DNA of 32,000 nt, from positions 1,770,001 to 1,802,000 of the forward strand of contig NC_008789.1 of assembly GCF_000015585.1 (NCBI RefSeq), in the 5' to 3' direction. The position numbers and the translations under genes were made by a program. Source of the DNA: Halorhodospira halophila SL1 (lineage in GTDB: Bacteria > Pseudomonadota > Gammaproteobacteria > Nitrococcales > Halorhodospiraceae). Below the pieces are notes generated by a model. That model saw only the letters and a list, made by a program, of their open reading frames with translations, made no database searches and was not told the DNA's origin. This document shows positions 23,861-32,000 of this stretch, in pieces. Position 1 is the first letter of the stretch. Every line of letters starts with the position of its first letter.

Positions 23861-25762
23861 ATGGTGACCGAACAACAGACCCTGCTCGAGGTCGCCCGGG
23901 CCACCACCGCCATCGGCGGCTGGATGCTCGACCGCTCCACCCAGGCGGTACACCTCTCCACAGAGACCCGGCGGCTACTTGAACTACCCCCGGAGCACCG
24001 GATGGATCTGCGCACCGGACTCGGCCTCTACCCACCCGAGTATCGGCCGATCGTCACCCGCGCTATCCACACCACCCTCCACCACGCCCGCCCCTTCCAG
24101 CTCGACGTCGACATCCACACCGCCACCGGCAAACGGCTCCACGTGCGCAAACTCGGCAAGCCGCTGATGGACGACTACGGCAATGTCCTGGGTCTGCGCG
24201 GCGCGCTGCAGGACCTGACCGAGATCAAGACCGCCGAGCGCCAAGCCCGCCGCCTGTCCCAGCGCCTGGAGACCACCCTGGAGAGCATCACCGACGCGTT
24301 CTTCTTGGTCGACCCGGCCTGGCGTTTCACGTTCCTCAATCGCGAGGCGGAGCGCCAGCTCAACTGTCAGCGCGAGGACGTGCTCGGCCGCGTGGCCTGG
24401 GAGGTCTTCCCGGAGGCGCTGGGGACCGCCTTCGAGGAGCACTACCGATATGCCTTGGCGCAGCAGGAGCCCGTGGTCTTCGAGGCGTACTTCGCGCCCG
24501 TCGAGACCTGGTTCGAGGCCCGGGCCTACCCATCGGACGAGGGACTTGCGGTCTACTTCCGCGACATCAGCCAACGCAAACAGGCGGAAGCGGAGATGGC
24601 CCAGCTGAACGAAGAGCTACACCAGGCCCGGGAACGCGCCGAACAGGCCAGCCGAGCCAAGTCGGAATTCCTCGCCGCGATGAGCCACGAGCTGCGCACT
24701 CCGCTGAACGCCATCACCGGCTTTGCGCAACTGCTCCACCAAACCCCGCCCGACGAAACGCAAGACCGCGATCAGCACCTTGAGCAGATCCTCTCGGCCG
24801 GCTGGCACCTGCGGGACCTGATCGGCGACGTGATCGACTTCGCCCAGATCGAGACCGGTCAACTGGCGGTTCATGCGGAGCCCATGGCCATCGACGCCCT
24901 CGCCCGCAACAGCGTGGCGATGATCACCGAGCAGGCGCGTCGGCGTGGTCTCACAGTGCACTGCCAGAGCGACCCCATTGCGCCCCCTTGGGCCCGCGCC
25001 GACCCGGTTCGCAGCCGACAAGTGCTGCTTAACCTGCTCTCCAACGCCGTCAAGTACAACAACCCGCACGGCACAATCACCGTTACCTGGTCCACCGCCG
25101 GTGGCAGTGTTCAGGTAGACGTCGCCGATACGGGCAGCGGCATCCCGCACGGTCGCCGCGATCGTCTCTTCGAGCCCTTCGAGCGACTCGGTCGTGAAGC
25201 CGGCTCCATCGAGGGCAGCGGCATCGGTCTGTCATTGTCCCAACGACTCGCCCGGATGATGAGCGGGGATCTGCAGCTGCTTCACAGCAGCCCCGATCGC
25301 GGGACCACCATGCGACTGACCCTGCCTCGCTACAGCGATGACCACTCAGCGACTAGCACGCCGCCCGTCAGCCTAAGCGAAGCCGCGCCCGCCGCGCCCA
25401 TGCGCATCTGCTACATCGAGGACAATGAGCTCAACATGATGGTGGTGCGCGGTCTGATCCGCCGGAAAACGACCGTCACCCTAGACGAAGCCTGGACCGG
25501 CGCCGAGGGGCTGGCGCGAATCCGCCAGGGCCCACCCGACCTGGTTCTGCTGGACATGCACCTGCCCGACATGCACGGCCGGCAGGTGCTGCGCGAGATC
25601 CGCGCCGACCCGGTACTGACTCACCTCCCGGTCGTGGCCCTGAGCGCGGACGCCGCCAACGAAACCCTGGAAACCGCCGACGGCACCCTGGACGGCTACC
25701 TGCTCAAGCCGTTCCGGCTGGCCGATCTGGACGCCCTGATCGCCCGCTTCGCCCCGGCATGA
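23861..25762 (+). CDS. Hybrid sensor histidine kinase (PAS-PAS-HisKA-HATPase-REC)
   Basis: 633 aa, with AAGGAAGG upstream of the ATG. It has an H-box MSHELRTPLNAI, an N-box LLNLLSNAVKYN, a G1 box DTGSGI and a G2 box GSGIGL. The C-terminal receiver has LVLLDMHLPDMHG and LLKPF. Two PAS-like segments precede a coiled coil. Confidence 0.9.
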   Translation: MVTEQQTLLEVARATTAIGGWMLDRSTQAVHLSTETRRLLELPPEHRMDLRTGLGLYPPEYRPIVTRAIHTTLHHARPFQLDVDIHTATGKRLHVRKLGKPLMDDYGNVLGLRGALQDLTEIKTAERQARRLSQRLETTLESITDAFFLVDPAWRFTFLNREAERQLNCQREDVLGRVAWEVFPEALGTAFEEHYRYALAQQEPVVFEAYFAPVETWFEARAYPSDEGLAVYFRDISQRKQAEAEMAQLNEELHQARERAEQASRAKSEFLAAMSHELRTPLNAITGFAQLLHQTPPDETQDRDQHLEQILSAGWHLRDLIGDVIDFAQIETGQLAVHAEPMAIDALARNSVAMITEQARRRGLTVHCQSDPIAPPWARADPVRSRQVLLNLLSNAVKYNNPHGTITVTWSTAGGSVQVDVADTGSGIPHGRRDRLFEPFERLGREAGSIEGSGIGLSLSQRLARMMSGDLQLLHSSPDRGTTMRLTLPRYSDDHSATSTPPVSLSEAAPAAPMRICYIEDNELNMMVVRGLIRRKTTVTLDEAWTGAEGLARIRQGPPDLVLLDMHLPDMHGRQVLREIRADPVLTHLPVVALSADAANETLETADGTLDGYLLKPFRLADLDALIARFAPA

Positions 25763-25798
25763 GACCCGCCCGGGCGCAGACTACGCGGGCCACGATGT

Positions 25799-26362
25799 TC
25801 ACCTTGATGGCGCCACCCCGTGCTCGACGCGCTGCAGCTCTTCGACCTCGAAGCCGAGCGCTCCGGCCTTCTGGATCAGGTCGTCCAGGACCACCTGCTC
25901 AAGATCCGGCTCTCGGGAGAGGATCCACAGGTACCCGCGCGTCGGGCCAGAGACCATCGCCCACTGATACTCAGCCTCATCCAGAGCGATGACGTGGTAA
26001 CCGCCGCGAATGGGCCACGTGAAGGTCACTGTAAGACTGGCCACTTCCGGCTCCCCCTGGAACCGGGCCGTCCCCTCGATCTCCTGCCACTCACCGGCGT
26101 CCGGATCGTAGCCGTGATTACGCACCCCGACCCGTCCGTCTTCCCGGCTCCAGTACTCCGCGCTGACATCGGTCAGCCCGCGCTCAAAGCGATGATCGAG
26201 GCGCTTGACTGAATACCACTCGCCCATATAACGATCCGCGTCGAACCCCTCCACGGGGTCGACCCCCGAGGGCGCCCCGGTGCAACCCGCGAGCATCAGC
26301 CCTCCCGCGGTGGCCAGAAGCGCCACCCGGATGCCCGGGAACATCCTCGCTGCGCCTGTCAT
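25799..26362 (-). CDS. blc: Outer-membrane lipoprotein Blc (bacterial lipocalin)
   Basis: Part of ORF 25799..26416. The preferred start is ATG 26362 (MTGAARMFPG...), preceded by GAGGGGGA. The lipobox is LMLAGC. The lipocalin motifs FDADRYMGEWYSV and TRGYLWILSREP are present. Confidence 0.8.
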   Translation of the reverse strand: MTGAARMFPGIRVALLATAGGLMLAGCTGAPSGVDPVEGFDADRYMGEWYSVKRLDHRFERGLTDVSAEYWSREDGRVGVRNHGYDPDAGEWQEIEGTARFQGEPEVASLTVTFTWPIRGGYHVIALDEAEYQWAMVSGPTRGYLWILSREPDLEQVVLDDLIQKAGALGFEVEELQRVEHGVAPSR

Positions 26363-26483
26363 CGATCCCCCTCTACCCGACTCTCTGCGAGTCATGGTGT
26401 CACAGGTCCGAATCAACCCATGAACTTCTCGCCCCGATCAGCCATCCTACTGCATAGTAGTTCACACGCAGGGGACGACCCGG

Positions 26484-27998
26484 ATGATGGATCAAGACCA
26501 CCCCAACCCCGACGCCGCAGCGAGCGAGTCACCCCTGTTCGCGGTCTTCGGCGCAAGCGGGTACATCGGCTCGCACCTGGTCCCCGAACTGCTCGGCGCC
26601 GGCTGTCGGGTCAGGGCCGTCGCGCGCAACCGGGAGGTCCTGGAGGCCCGCGGCTGGGAGGGGGCCGAGCTGGCCGCAGCGGACGCTCTGAAACCGGAGA
26701 CCCTGGTGCCTGCCCTCCGGGGGGCCGACGTGGCCTACTACCTGGTCCACTCCATGGGGGCCGGCAAGACCTTCGGCACGCTGGACGTCGAGGCAGCCCG
26801 CAACTTCGCGGCCGCCGCCGCCGAGGCCGGAGTGCGCCGCATCGTCTACCTCGGCGGGCTCGTGCCCGAGTCGGCCCGCTCGGCGCACATCCTCTCTCGC
26901 CGCCAGACCGGCGACACCCTGCGAGAAGGCTCGGTGCCGGTTACCGAGCTGCGCGCCGGGATCATCGTCGGCCCAGGGTCGGCGGCATTCGAGATCATGC
27001 GCGACCTGGTGCTCCATCTTCCGGTGATGGTTACCCCGCGCTGGGTCTTTGCCGAATCCCCGCCCATCGCGCTCCAGGATCTATTGGAGTACCTGCGCCG
27101 GGCCCCGCAATGCGGGGAAACCGCCGGGGCGATCTTCGATGTGGCCGGACCGGAACACCTGACCTACGCCCAGATGATGCGCATCCTCGCCGAGGAGGCC
27201 GGGCGGCGCCCACCCACGGTGATCCCGGTCCCCCTGCTGACTCCGAAGCTCTCTTCATACTGGCTCCGCCTGGTCACTGCAGTCCCCACGCCCATCGCAC
27301 GGGCACTCATCGAAGGCCTGCGTGAGGACTACCGGGCCGATGACAGCCAGATTCGCCACCTGGTACCGCAGCAGCTACGCGATTTCCGCAGCGCCGTACA
27401 GGACGTATTCCGCGCCGAGCGCGAGCAGACCGTGGCCGCGCGCTGGACCGAAGGCGCCTTTATGTTCCGCAACTACCGGATCGACTACAGCTACTACGCC
27501 AAGAAGGCCCAGGGGTCGGCGATCACCACCGCCGACCCCCAAACCGTCTGGCCGGTTGTCACCGCCATCGGCGGCGACAGCCGCTACTACTATGCCAATG
27601 CGCTGTGGAAGATCCGCGAAACCTTGGACTGGATGGTCGGCGGCCCGGGGAGGAATTACGGCCGCCGCCACCCCACAGAGCTTCGGGTAGGTGATGTGGT
27701 CGACTCCTGGCGGGTCATCGGGCTAGAGCCCGAACGCCGGCTCACCCTCTGGTTCGGTATGCGGGCCCCCGGCTCCGGCGTGCTGGAGATCGAACTCACA
27801 CCGCAAGCCGAGGGCGGGACCAAGATCACGGTTGCCAACCACTGGCACCCGGCCGGGGTCTGGGGCCTCCTTTACTGGTACGCCCTGGCCCCGGCTCACT
27901 CCCTGATATTCTCGGGGCTGGCCCGGTCCATCGCCCGGCGGGCTGAGGCATCCTCGACCGCATCCGGATCTCGCTCGGCGGCGCCGGACTCGGACTGA
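26484..27998 (+). CDS. Atypical SDR / NAD(P)-binding protein with a C-terminal DUF2867-like domain
   Basis: 504 aa, with AGGGGA 8 nt upstream of the ATG. The Rossmann motif is VFGASGYIGSHL. The C-terminal half (WRVIGLEPERRLTLWFGMRAPG...HWHPAGVWGLLYWY) resembles DUF2867. The last roughly 34 codons overlap the convergent transporter gene. Confidence 0.75.
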   Translation: MMDQDHPNPDAAASESPLFAVFGASGYIGSHLVPELLGAGCRVRAVARNREVLEARGWEGAELAAADALKPETLVPALRGADVAYYLVHSMGAGKTFGTLDVEAARNFAAAAAEAGVRRIVYLGGLVPESARSAHILSRRQTGDTLREGSVPVTELRAGIIVGPGSAAFEIMRDLVLHLPVMVTPRWVFAESPPIALQDLLEYLRRAPQCGETAGAIFDVAGPEHLTYAQMMRILAEEAGRRPPTVIPVPLLTPKLSSYWLRLVTAVPTPIARALIEGLREDYRADDSQIRHLVPQQLRDFRSAVQDVFRAEREQTVAARWTEGAFMFRNYRIDYSYYAKKAQGSAITTADPQTVWPVVTAIGGDSRYYYANALWKIRETLDWMVGGPGRNYGRRHPTELRVGDVVDSWRVIGLEPERRLTLWFGMRAPGSGVLEIELTPQAEGGTKITVANHWHPAGVWGLLYWYALAPAHSLIFSGLARSIARRAEASSTASGSRSAAPDSD

Positions 27999-28861
27999 GC
28001 CTCGGCACTCTGGGCCAGCAGCGCGCCGCCCACCACGGCCAGGCCCGCAACCAGCAGGGCGAGCTCCGGCTCGGTGAAACCGGTGAGGACCAGCACCACG
28101 GCGGAGATCACCGGCACCATGTAGGTCAGGACACCCAGCAACCCGGTGGGCCCCTTACGCAGGGCAAACCCCCAGGTCATAAAGGCGATGCCGTAGGGCC
28201 CGACCCCGATCAGCGCAGCCGCCAACCAGTCCGTACTCTGGGGCGTACCGACGCTCTCGCCGAACAGCACGGCGAGCACCACGGCGATCACTGCGGCCTG
28301 TGCAAACATGCGTGCGTAGCCGCGGAACGGGATCGTACCCGCCTGGGTCAGATAGACCGAGAACGCCGCCCAGGCACAGCCACTGATCACCCCAAAGACG
28401 TAGGCCACCAGCGGCGTCTCGGCCCCGGCAGGCGCGTCGCCGAGGATCAGCGGCGCCACACCGATGAACGCCACCCCCATCCCGAGAAGCACCCGCAGCT
28501 GCACCCCGCACCCGGCGAGCCAGTTGGCGACGAGCACGAAGACGACCGGCCACAGGTACGTCACCAGCGTCACCCGCGCCGGCTCTCCCCAGGCCAGAGC
28601 GGCAAAGTAGAGGTACAGCGCTGCCACAAGCGAGAGCACGCCGCCGAGCCAATAGCTCAGATCCGGGTCCGGCATTCGACTGTGGGGCTCGCGCACAAAA
28701 ATTGCCGAGCACCAGGCGACAGCGGCGGCCGCCGCGAGGGCCACCACCGTCGTCATCATGGCCGGCAACTCGGTAAGTTGGCGCAATAGCGGCAGACTGC
28801 CCCATAGGCTTACCGAGAAAATGCCAGCCACAAGACCCGAAAGCAGCGCACGATTCAGCAA
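27896..28861 (-). CDS. DMT superfamily (EamA-like) transporter
   Basis: 321 aa with about 10 hydrophobic helices in a two-repeat layout. The TTG start lies 7 nt after GGAGG. The gene is divergent from a LysR regulator. The hydrophilic C-terminal tail overlaps the SDR gene. Confidence 0.75.
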   Translation of the reverse strand: MLNRALLSGLVAGIFSVSLWGSLPLLRQLTELPAMMTTVVALAAAAAVAWCSAIFVREPHSRMPDPDLSYWLGGVLSLVAALYLYFAALAWGEPARVTLVTYLWPVVFVLVANWLAGCGVQLRVLLGMGVAFIGVAPLILGDAPAGAETPLVAYVFGVISGCAWAAFSVYLTQAGTIPFRGYARMFAQAAVIAVVLAVLFGESVGTPQSTDWLAAALIGVGPYGIAFMTWGFALRKGPTGLLGVLTYMVPVISAVVLVLTGFTEPELALLVAGLAVVGGALLAQSAEAQSESGAAERDPDAVEDASARRAMDRASPENIRE

Positions 28862-28976
28862 CGCATAACCTCCTCTAACCTTTTGATGGGCCTGAACGGG
28901 CTGCGTAATATAGGGACCATCCCGCGATCTTCCAAACGAATCTTCGTAATCATCCGATCATGTATCTCGATAGCCT

Positions 28977-29846
28977 ATGAAGACACGCATCCTCGACCTG
29001 ACGCTCCTGCAGACCTTCGTCACGGTGGTCGAACAAGGCGGCTTCACAGCCGCCGGCGAGCAGCTCCACCTTGCCCAATCCACTGTCAGCGCGCACATTA
29101 CGCGGCTCGAGGAAATGGCCGGACACCGGTTGCTGCGCCGCGATCAGCGCCGTCTAGCGACAACCACCAAGGGCGAGCGACTCCTTGCCCACGCCCGCCG
29201 GCTGTTGCAGCAAAATGCCCTCGCCTGGCAAGAACTCCAGGAAGAGCGACTGGGGGGGCGGGTGCGACTGGGGATCCCGGACGACTACATCATGTTCTTG
29301 CCTGAGAGCTTGAGCGACTTCGAGGCCCGCTACCCTGGCATCGAACTCGAGGTCAGCGGCGGCCTTAGCGTCGAACTGATCGAACAGGTCCAGTCGGGGC
29401 AGCTCGACCTGGCCGTGGTCACGCGCCAGCCCAAGAGCCCGGGGGGCGAAGTGCTGCGCCGCGAGCCTCTGATCTGGGCAGCTGCAGCCGACTACGCTGC
29501 CGAGGAACGCGACCCGCTACCCCTCGCCCTCTCCCGACAGGGCGTGTGCACCTTCCGGGAGCAGGCCGTGGAGGCCCTCGAGGCAGCCGATTTCCCGTGG
29601 CGCATTGCCTACACCAGCACCAGCCTGGCCGGGCTGCGCGCGGCAGTGCGCTCCGGGCTGGCCGTGACCGTTCTAACGCCGTCCATGCTTGACCCGGATC
29701 TGCGTACACTCGGACCCGAGAGCGGGTTGCCGGAATTGCCCAGCATCGAGCTGGCGCTCCACCGCGGGGCCGGGCGGCCCAGCGAACCGGCCCGCCAGCT
29801 GTTCAACACACTCCAGGAGCGGCTGGGCAACGTCAGCCACGGGTAA
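28977..29846 (+). CDS. LysR-family transcriptional regulator
   Basis: 289 aa. The N-terminal winged HTH reads LTLLQTFVTVVEQGGFTAAGEQLHLAQSTVSAHITRLEE. The C-terminal part is a substrate-binding-like domain. It is divergent from the DMT transporter. Confidence 0.9.
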   Translation: MKTRILDLTLLQTFVTVVEQGGFTAAGEQLHLAQSTVSAHITRLEEMAGHRLLRRDQRRLATTTKGERLLAHARRLLQQNALAWQELQEERLGGRVRLGIPDDYIMFLPESLSDFEARYPGIELEVSGGLSVELIEQVQSGQLDLAVVTRQPKSPGGEVLRREPLIWAAAADYAAEERDPLPLALSRQGVCTFREQAVEALEAADFPWRIAYTSTSLAGLRAAVRSGLAVTVLTPSMLDPDLRTLGPESGLPELPSIELALHRGAGRPSEPARQLFNTLQERLGNVSHG

Positions 29847-30016
29847 CCAGCGCGGCCCAAGAATCCGATATCCTGGACGCAGAAAAATACCCTGACTGCT
29901 TGCAGCCACAGACACCGGCGAGTAGGTTAATGCCGCGCTGCTAGCGGATTGCTCCGCGCGAAGCCCCGGGCGCCCTCGCCCCACGCACCGGAGCGGACAA
30001 CGGAAAGGATTGGCTT

Positions 30017-30577
30017 ATGAAACGCAACGAAGAGATTATTGAAGCGCTACGAACCTACACCAATCGCCGGATCCCACTGCTCTGGGGCAGCGTTCTGGCG
30101 ATCCTCCTGGTAGCGCACCTGGTCACTGCCTACCTGGTGGAGCAGTTCTGGAGCGAGCACCTTGCGGTCACCCCGTGGGTCGCCATCGCCGCGGTGCTGA
30201 TCGGCATCAGTTTCTTCCTCTACGAGAAGATCGGCGGCAAACTCCGCGCCGCGGAGTTCGAGTTCCAGCGTACAGCCCTGGGTTATTGGGACTACGAGCG
30301 CGGCTACCAGCAGTGCGAGGGCATCCGACAGGCGGCACTGCTGGGGTTTCTCGGCACCGCCATCCTCTACTGCGGGTTCGTCTTCGGCCAGGTGTGCGCC
30401 ACTGCAGACGACGCCAGCCGCAAGGTGCTGACGGACCTCGCGCCAGGCAAGCAGATCGAGCTGCTGTCCAACCCCGAGCAGCTCACGGTCTTGGGCATCG
30501 GCGCGGCACTGATCGTCGGCGCGCTGATCTGGATCCACCGGATCCGGGAGCAGATCCGCAGCGATCTGAGCGCCTGA
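30017..30577 (+). CDS. Hypothetical membrane protein (about 4 TM helices)
   Basis: 186 aa, with AAGGA 8 nt upstream of the ATG. Hydrophobic segments include LLWGSVLAILLVAHLVTAYLV, WVAIAAVLIGISFFLY, LLGFLGTAILYCGFVFG and VLGIGAALIVGALIWI. I recognise no family motif. Confidence 0.55.
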   Translation: MKRNEEIIEALRTYTNRRIPLLWGSVLAILLVAHLVTAYLVEQFWSEHLAVTPWVAIAAVLIGISFFLYEKIGGKLRAAEFEFQRTALGYWDYERGYQQCEGIRQAALLGFLGTAILYCGFVFGQVCATADDASRKVLTDLAPGKQIELLSNPEQLTVLGIGAALIVGALIWIHRIREQIRSDLSA

Positions 30578-30578
30578 A

Positions 30579-30621
30579 GCGCTGGGCACCCCGGCCGGGC
30601 GGGCGCCCAGCGCCCGGCCGG
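30579..30621. terminator. GC-rich dyad region between convergent genes (two mutually exclusive hairpins); possible bidirectional terminator
   Basis: Hairpin A is GCGCTGGGC (30579-30587) with GCCCAGCGC (30605-30613). Hairpin B is CCGGCCGGGCG (30591-30601) with CGCCCGGCCGG (30611-30621). There is no obvious U-tract on either strand. Confidence 0.35.
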
Positions 30622-30659
30622 CTTCACCGTCCCAACGACGCCGCCCGCACTCCTCTCGG

Positions 30660-32000
30660 CTACTGCCCCGCAGCCTGGGCTGCCTCCACCGCCTCCTCGG
30701 CCTGGACCCACTGAACCTCCAGTGCATCACGCTCGCGCTGCAGACGGCCCTGCTCCTGTAGCAGTCCGGTCAGCTCCTCATGGTCTCCGCTGTAGAGCTC
30801 CGTATCGGCGAGTTGCGCCTCCAGGCGCGCCAACGCCTGATCGCACGCCTCGATCTGCTCGAGCAGGTCCTGGGCGCGCTCACGCAGCGGCCTGAGCGCC
30901 GCTCGCTGCTGAGCCTGGCGACGCCGCTCCGCCTTGCGGTGCTCCGCCGTACGGACGGGCTCGGACGCTGGGCCCTGCGTGACGTCACCACCGCCACGCC
31001 CACTCGCCCCCTCCGCTCGACGGCGCTCGACCAGCCAACGGTGGTAGTCATCCAGGTCACCGTCGAACTCACGAACGGCGCCATCGGCAACCAGCCAATA
31101 GCGCTCCACGGTCGCCGCCAACAGACTGCGGTCGTGGGACACCACCACCACCGCTCCCGCAAACCCCTGCAAGGCCCGGGTGAGCGCATGACGCATCTCC
31201 AGATCCAGGTGGTTCGTCGGCTCATCGAGGAGCAACAGATTCGGTTGCTGCCAGACCAGCAGCGCCAACACCAGCCGGGCCTTCTCCCCACCGGAGAGCC
31301 GGGCGACCGGCTCGGTGGCCTGATCACCCATGAAGGCGAAACCACCCAGGAAATCGCGCAGCCGCTGCCGCGACGCCTCCGGCGCCAGGCGCTGGAGGTG
31401 CTCCAGGGGGCTGCTTGACAGGTCTAGCTGCTCAAGCTGGTGCTGGGCAAAGTAGCCGACCCGCAGACCCGACGCCTGCGCAAGCTCCCCAGCCAGCGGG
31501 ACCAAATCCCCAGCCAGGGCCCGCACCAGGGTCGACTTGCCGGCGCCATTGGGGCCCAGCAGGCCGACACGGTCCTCTTTCGCCAGACCTAGGGTAACGC
31601 CGCGGAGTACCGGATCCGTGGCATAACCCAGGTCCACCCGATCCAGGGTCATCAGCGGGTTGGCGACCGCAGGCGAGCCGGTAAAGTCGAACTGAAAGGG
31701 TGAGTCTGCATGCGCCGGGGCGACCCGCTCCATGCGCTCAAGCGCCTTGATCCGGCTCTGCGCCGCCCGGGCCTTGCTCGCCTTCGCCCGGAACCGATCG
31801 ATGAACCGCTGCATGTGCGCGATCTCGCGCTGCTGCTTCTCGTAGAGTGCCTGCTGCCGGGCCAGGCGCTCTGCACGCTGGCGCTCGAAATCGCTGTAGC
31901 CACCCCTATAGAGGGTCAGTTGCCGCTGCTCGATGTGCAGCACTTCGTCGACGACTCGGTCGAGCAACACCCGGTCGTGGGAGATCACCAACAGGGTGCC
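30660..32000 (-). CDS. ABC-F family ATPase (two ABC domains, C-terminal coiled coil); N-terminus lies beyond the right window edge
   Basis: The ORF track starts at an internal GTG (31991), but the frame stays open to 32000 (GTLLVISHDR, the D-loop/H-loop of ABC domain 1). The second domain has Walker A GPNGAGKST, signature LSGGEKAR and Walker B LLLLDEPTNHLD. There are no TM segments. The tail is Arg/Glu/Gln-rich and coiled-coil-like. Confidence 0.9.
   Translation of the reverse strand, partial: GTLLVISHDRVLLDRVVDEVLHIEQRQLTLYRGGYSDFERQRAERLARQQALYEKQQREIAHMQRFIDRFRAKASKARAAQSRIKALERMERVAPAHADSPFQFDFTGSPAVANPLMTLDRVDLGYATDPVLRGVTLGLAKEDRVGLLGPNGAGKSTLVRALAGDLVPLAGELAQASGLRVGYFAQHQLEQLDLSSSPLEHLQRLAPEASRQRLRDFLGGFAFMGDQATEPVARLSGGEKARLVLALLVWQQPNLLLLDEPTNHLDLEMRHALTRALQGFAGAVVVVSHDRSLLAATVERYWLVADGAVREFDGDLDDYHRWLVERRRAEGASGRGGGDVTQGPASEPVRTAEHRKAERRRQAQQRAALRPLRERAQDLLEQIEACDQALARLEAQLADTELYSGDHEELTGLLQEQGRLQRERDALEVQWVQAEEAVEAAQAAGQ

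Noticed and set aside
26420-27325. 301-aa plus-strand ORF overlapping the SDR gene in another frame
   Set aside because: The translation is extremely Arg/Pro/Gly-rich. The 26484 frame has a Rossmann motif and an RBS.
28862-28976. Search for a LysR T-N11-A box or dyad between the DMT transporter and the LysR regulator
   Set aside because: I found only short ATCTTC direct repeats and loose ATC...GAT pairs at non-canonical spacing. Nothing is convincing enough to report as a site.

Overview
This is a visibly GC-rich bacterial chromosome segment (GC not computed). Positions 1 to about 21.8 kb are a purple-bacterial photosynthesis gene cluster. It holds bchI (partial) and idi on the minus strand, then a Tat-exported HiPIP and bchE-bchJ on the plus strand. 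Next is a tightly coupled 12-gene minus-strand unit: bchF-N-B-H-L-M, lhaA, puhA-B-C-E and a terminal alpha/beta-hydrolase/polytopic-membrane fusion. Divergent from bchF are a very short PpsR/CrtJ-like regulator and an FrhB-family (BciB-like) reductase. The right third (21.8-32 kb) looks ordinary: a small membrane protein, a TrpB2-type PLP enzyme, a PAS-PAS hybrid histidine kinase, a Blc lipocalin, an SDR+DUF2867-like protein, a DMT/EamA transporter with a divergent LysR regulator, a 4-TM hypothetical protein and a partial ABC-F ATPase. I saw no rRNA, tRNA, CRISPR array, transposase/integrase or recognisable defence genes. Acidic proteins, a bchE-only cyclase and high GC suggest a halophilic anaerobic purple sulfur bacterium (Halorhodospira/Ectothiorhodospiraceae-like), but that is inference only. 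I do not see a wholly new multi-gene system. The most unusual items are (i) the roughly 210-aa mini-PpsR, which joins the N-terminal PAS directly to the HTH, and (ii) the 526-aa hydrolase-membrane fusion that ends the puh operon. A third item is a near-consensus bchF promoter embedded in a TGTGTCAA/TTGACACA inverted repeat. All family calls rest on motifs read by eye; no database search or computation was run.
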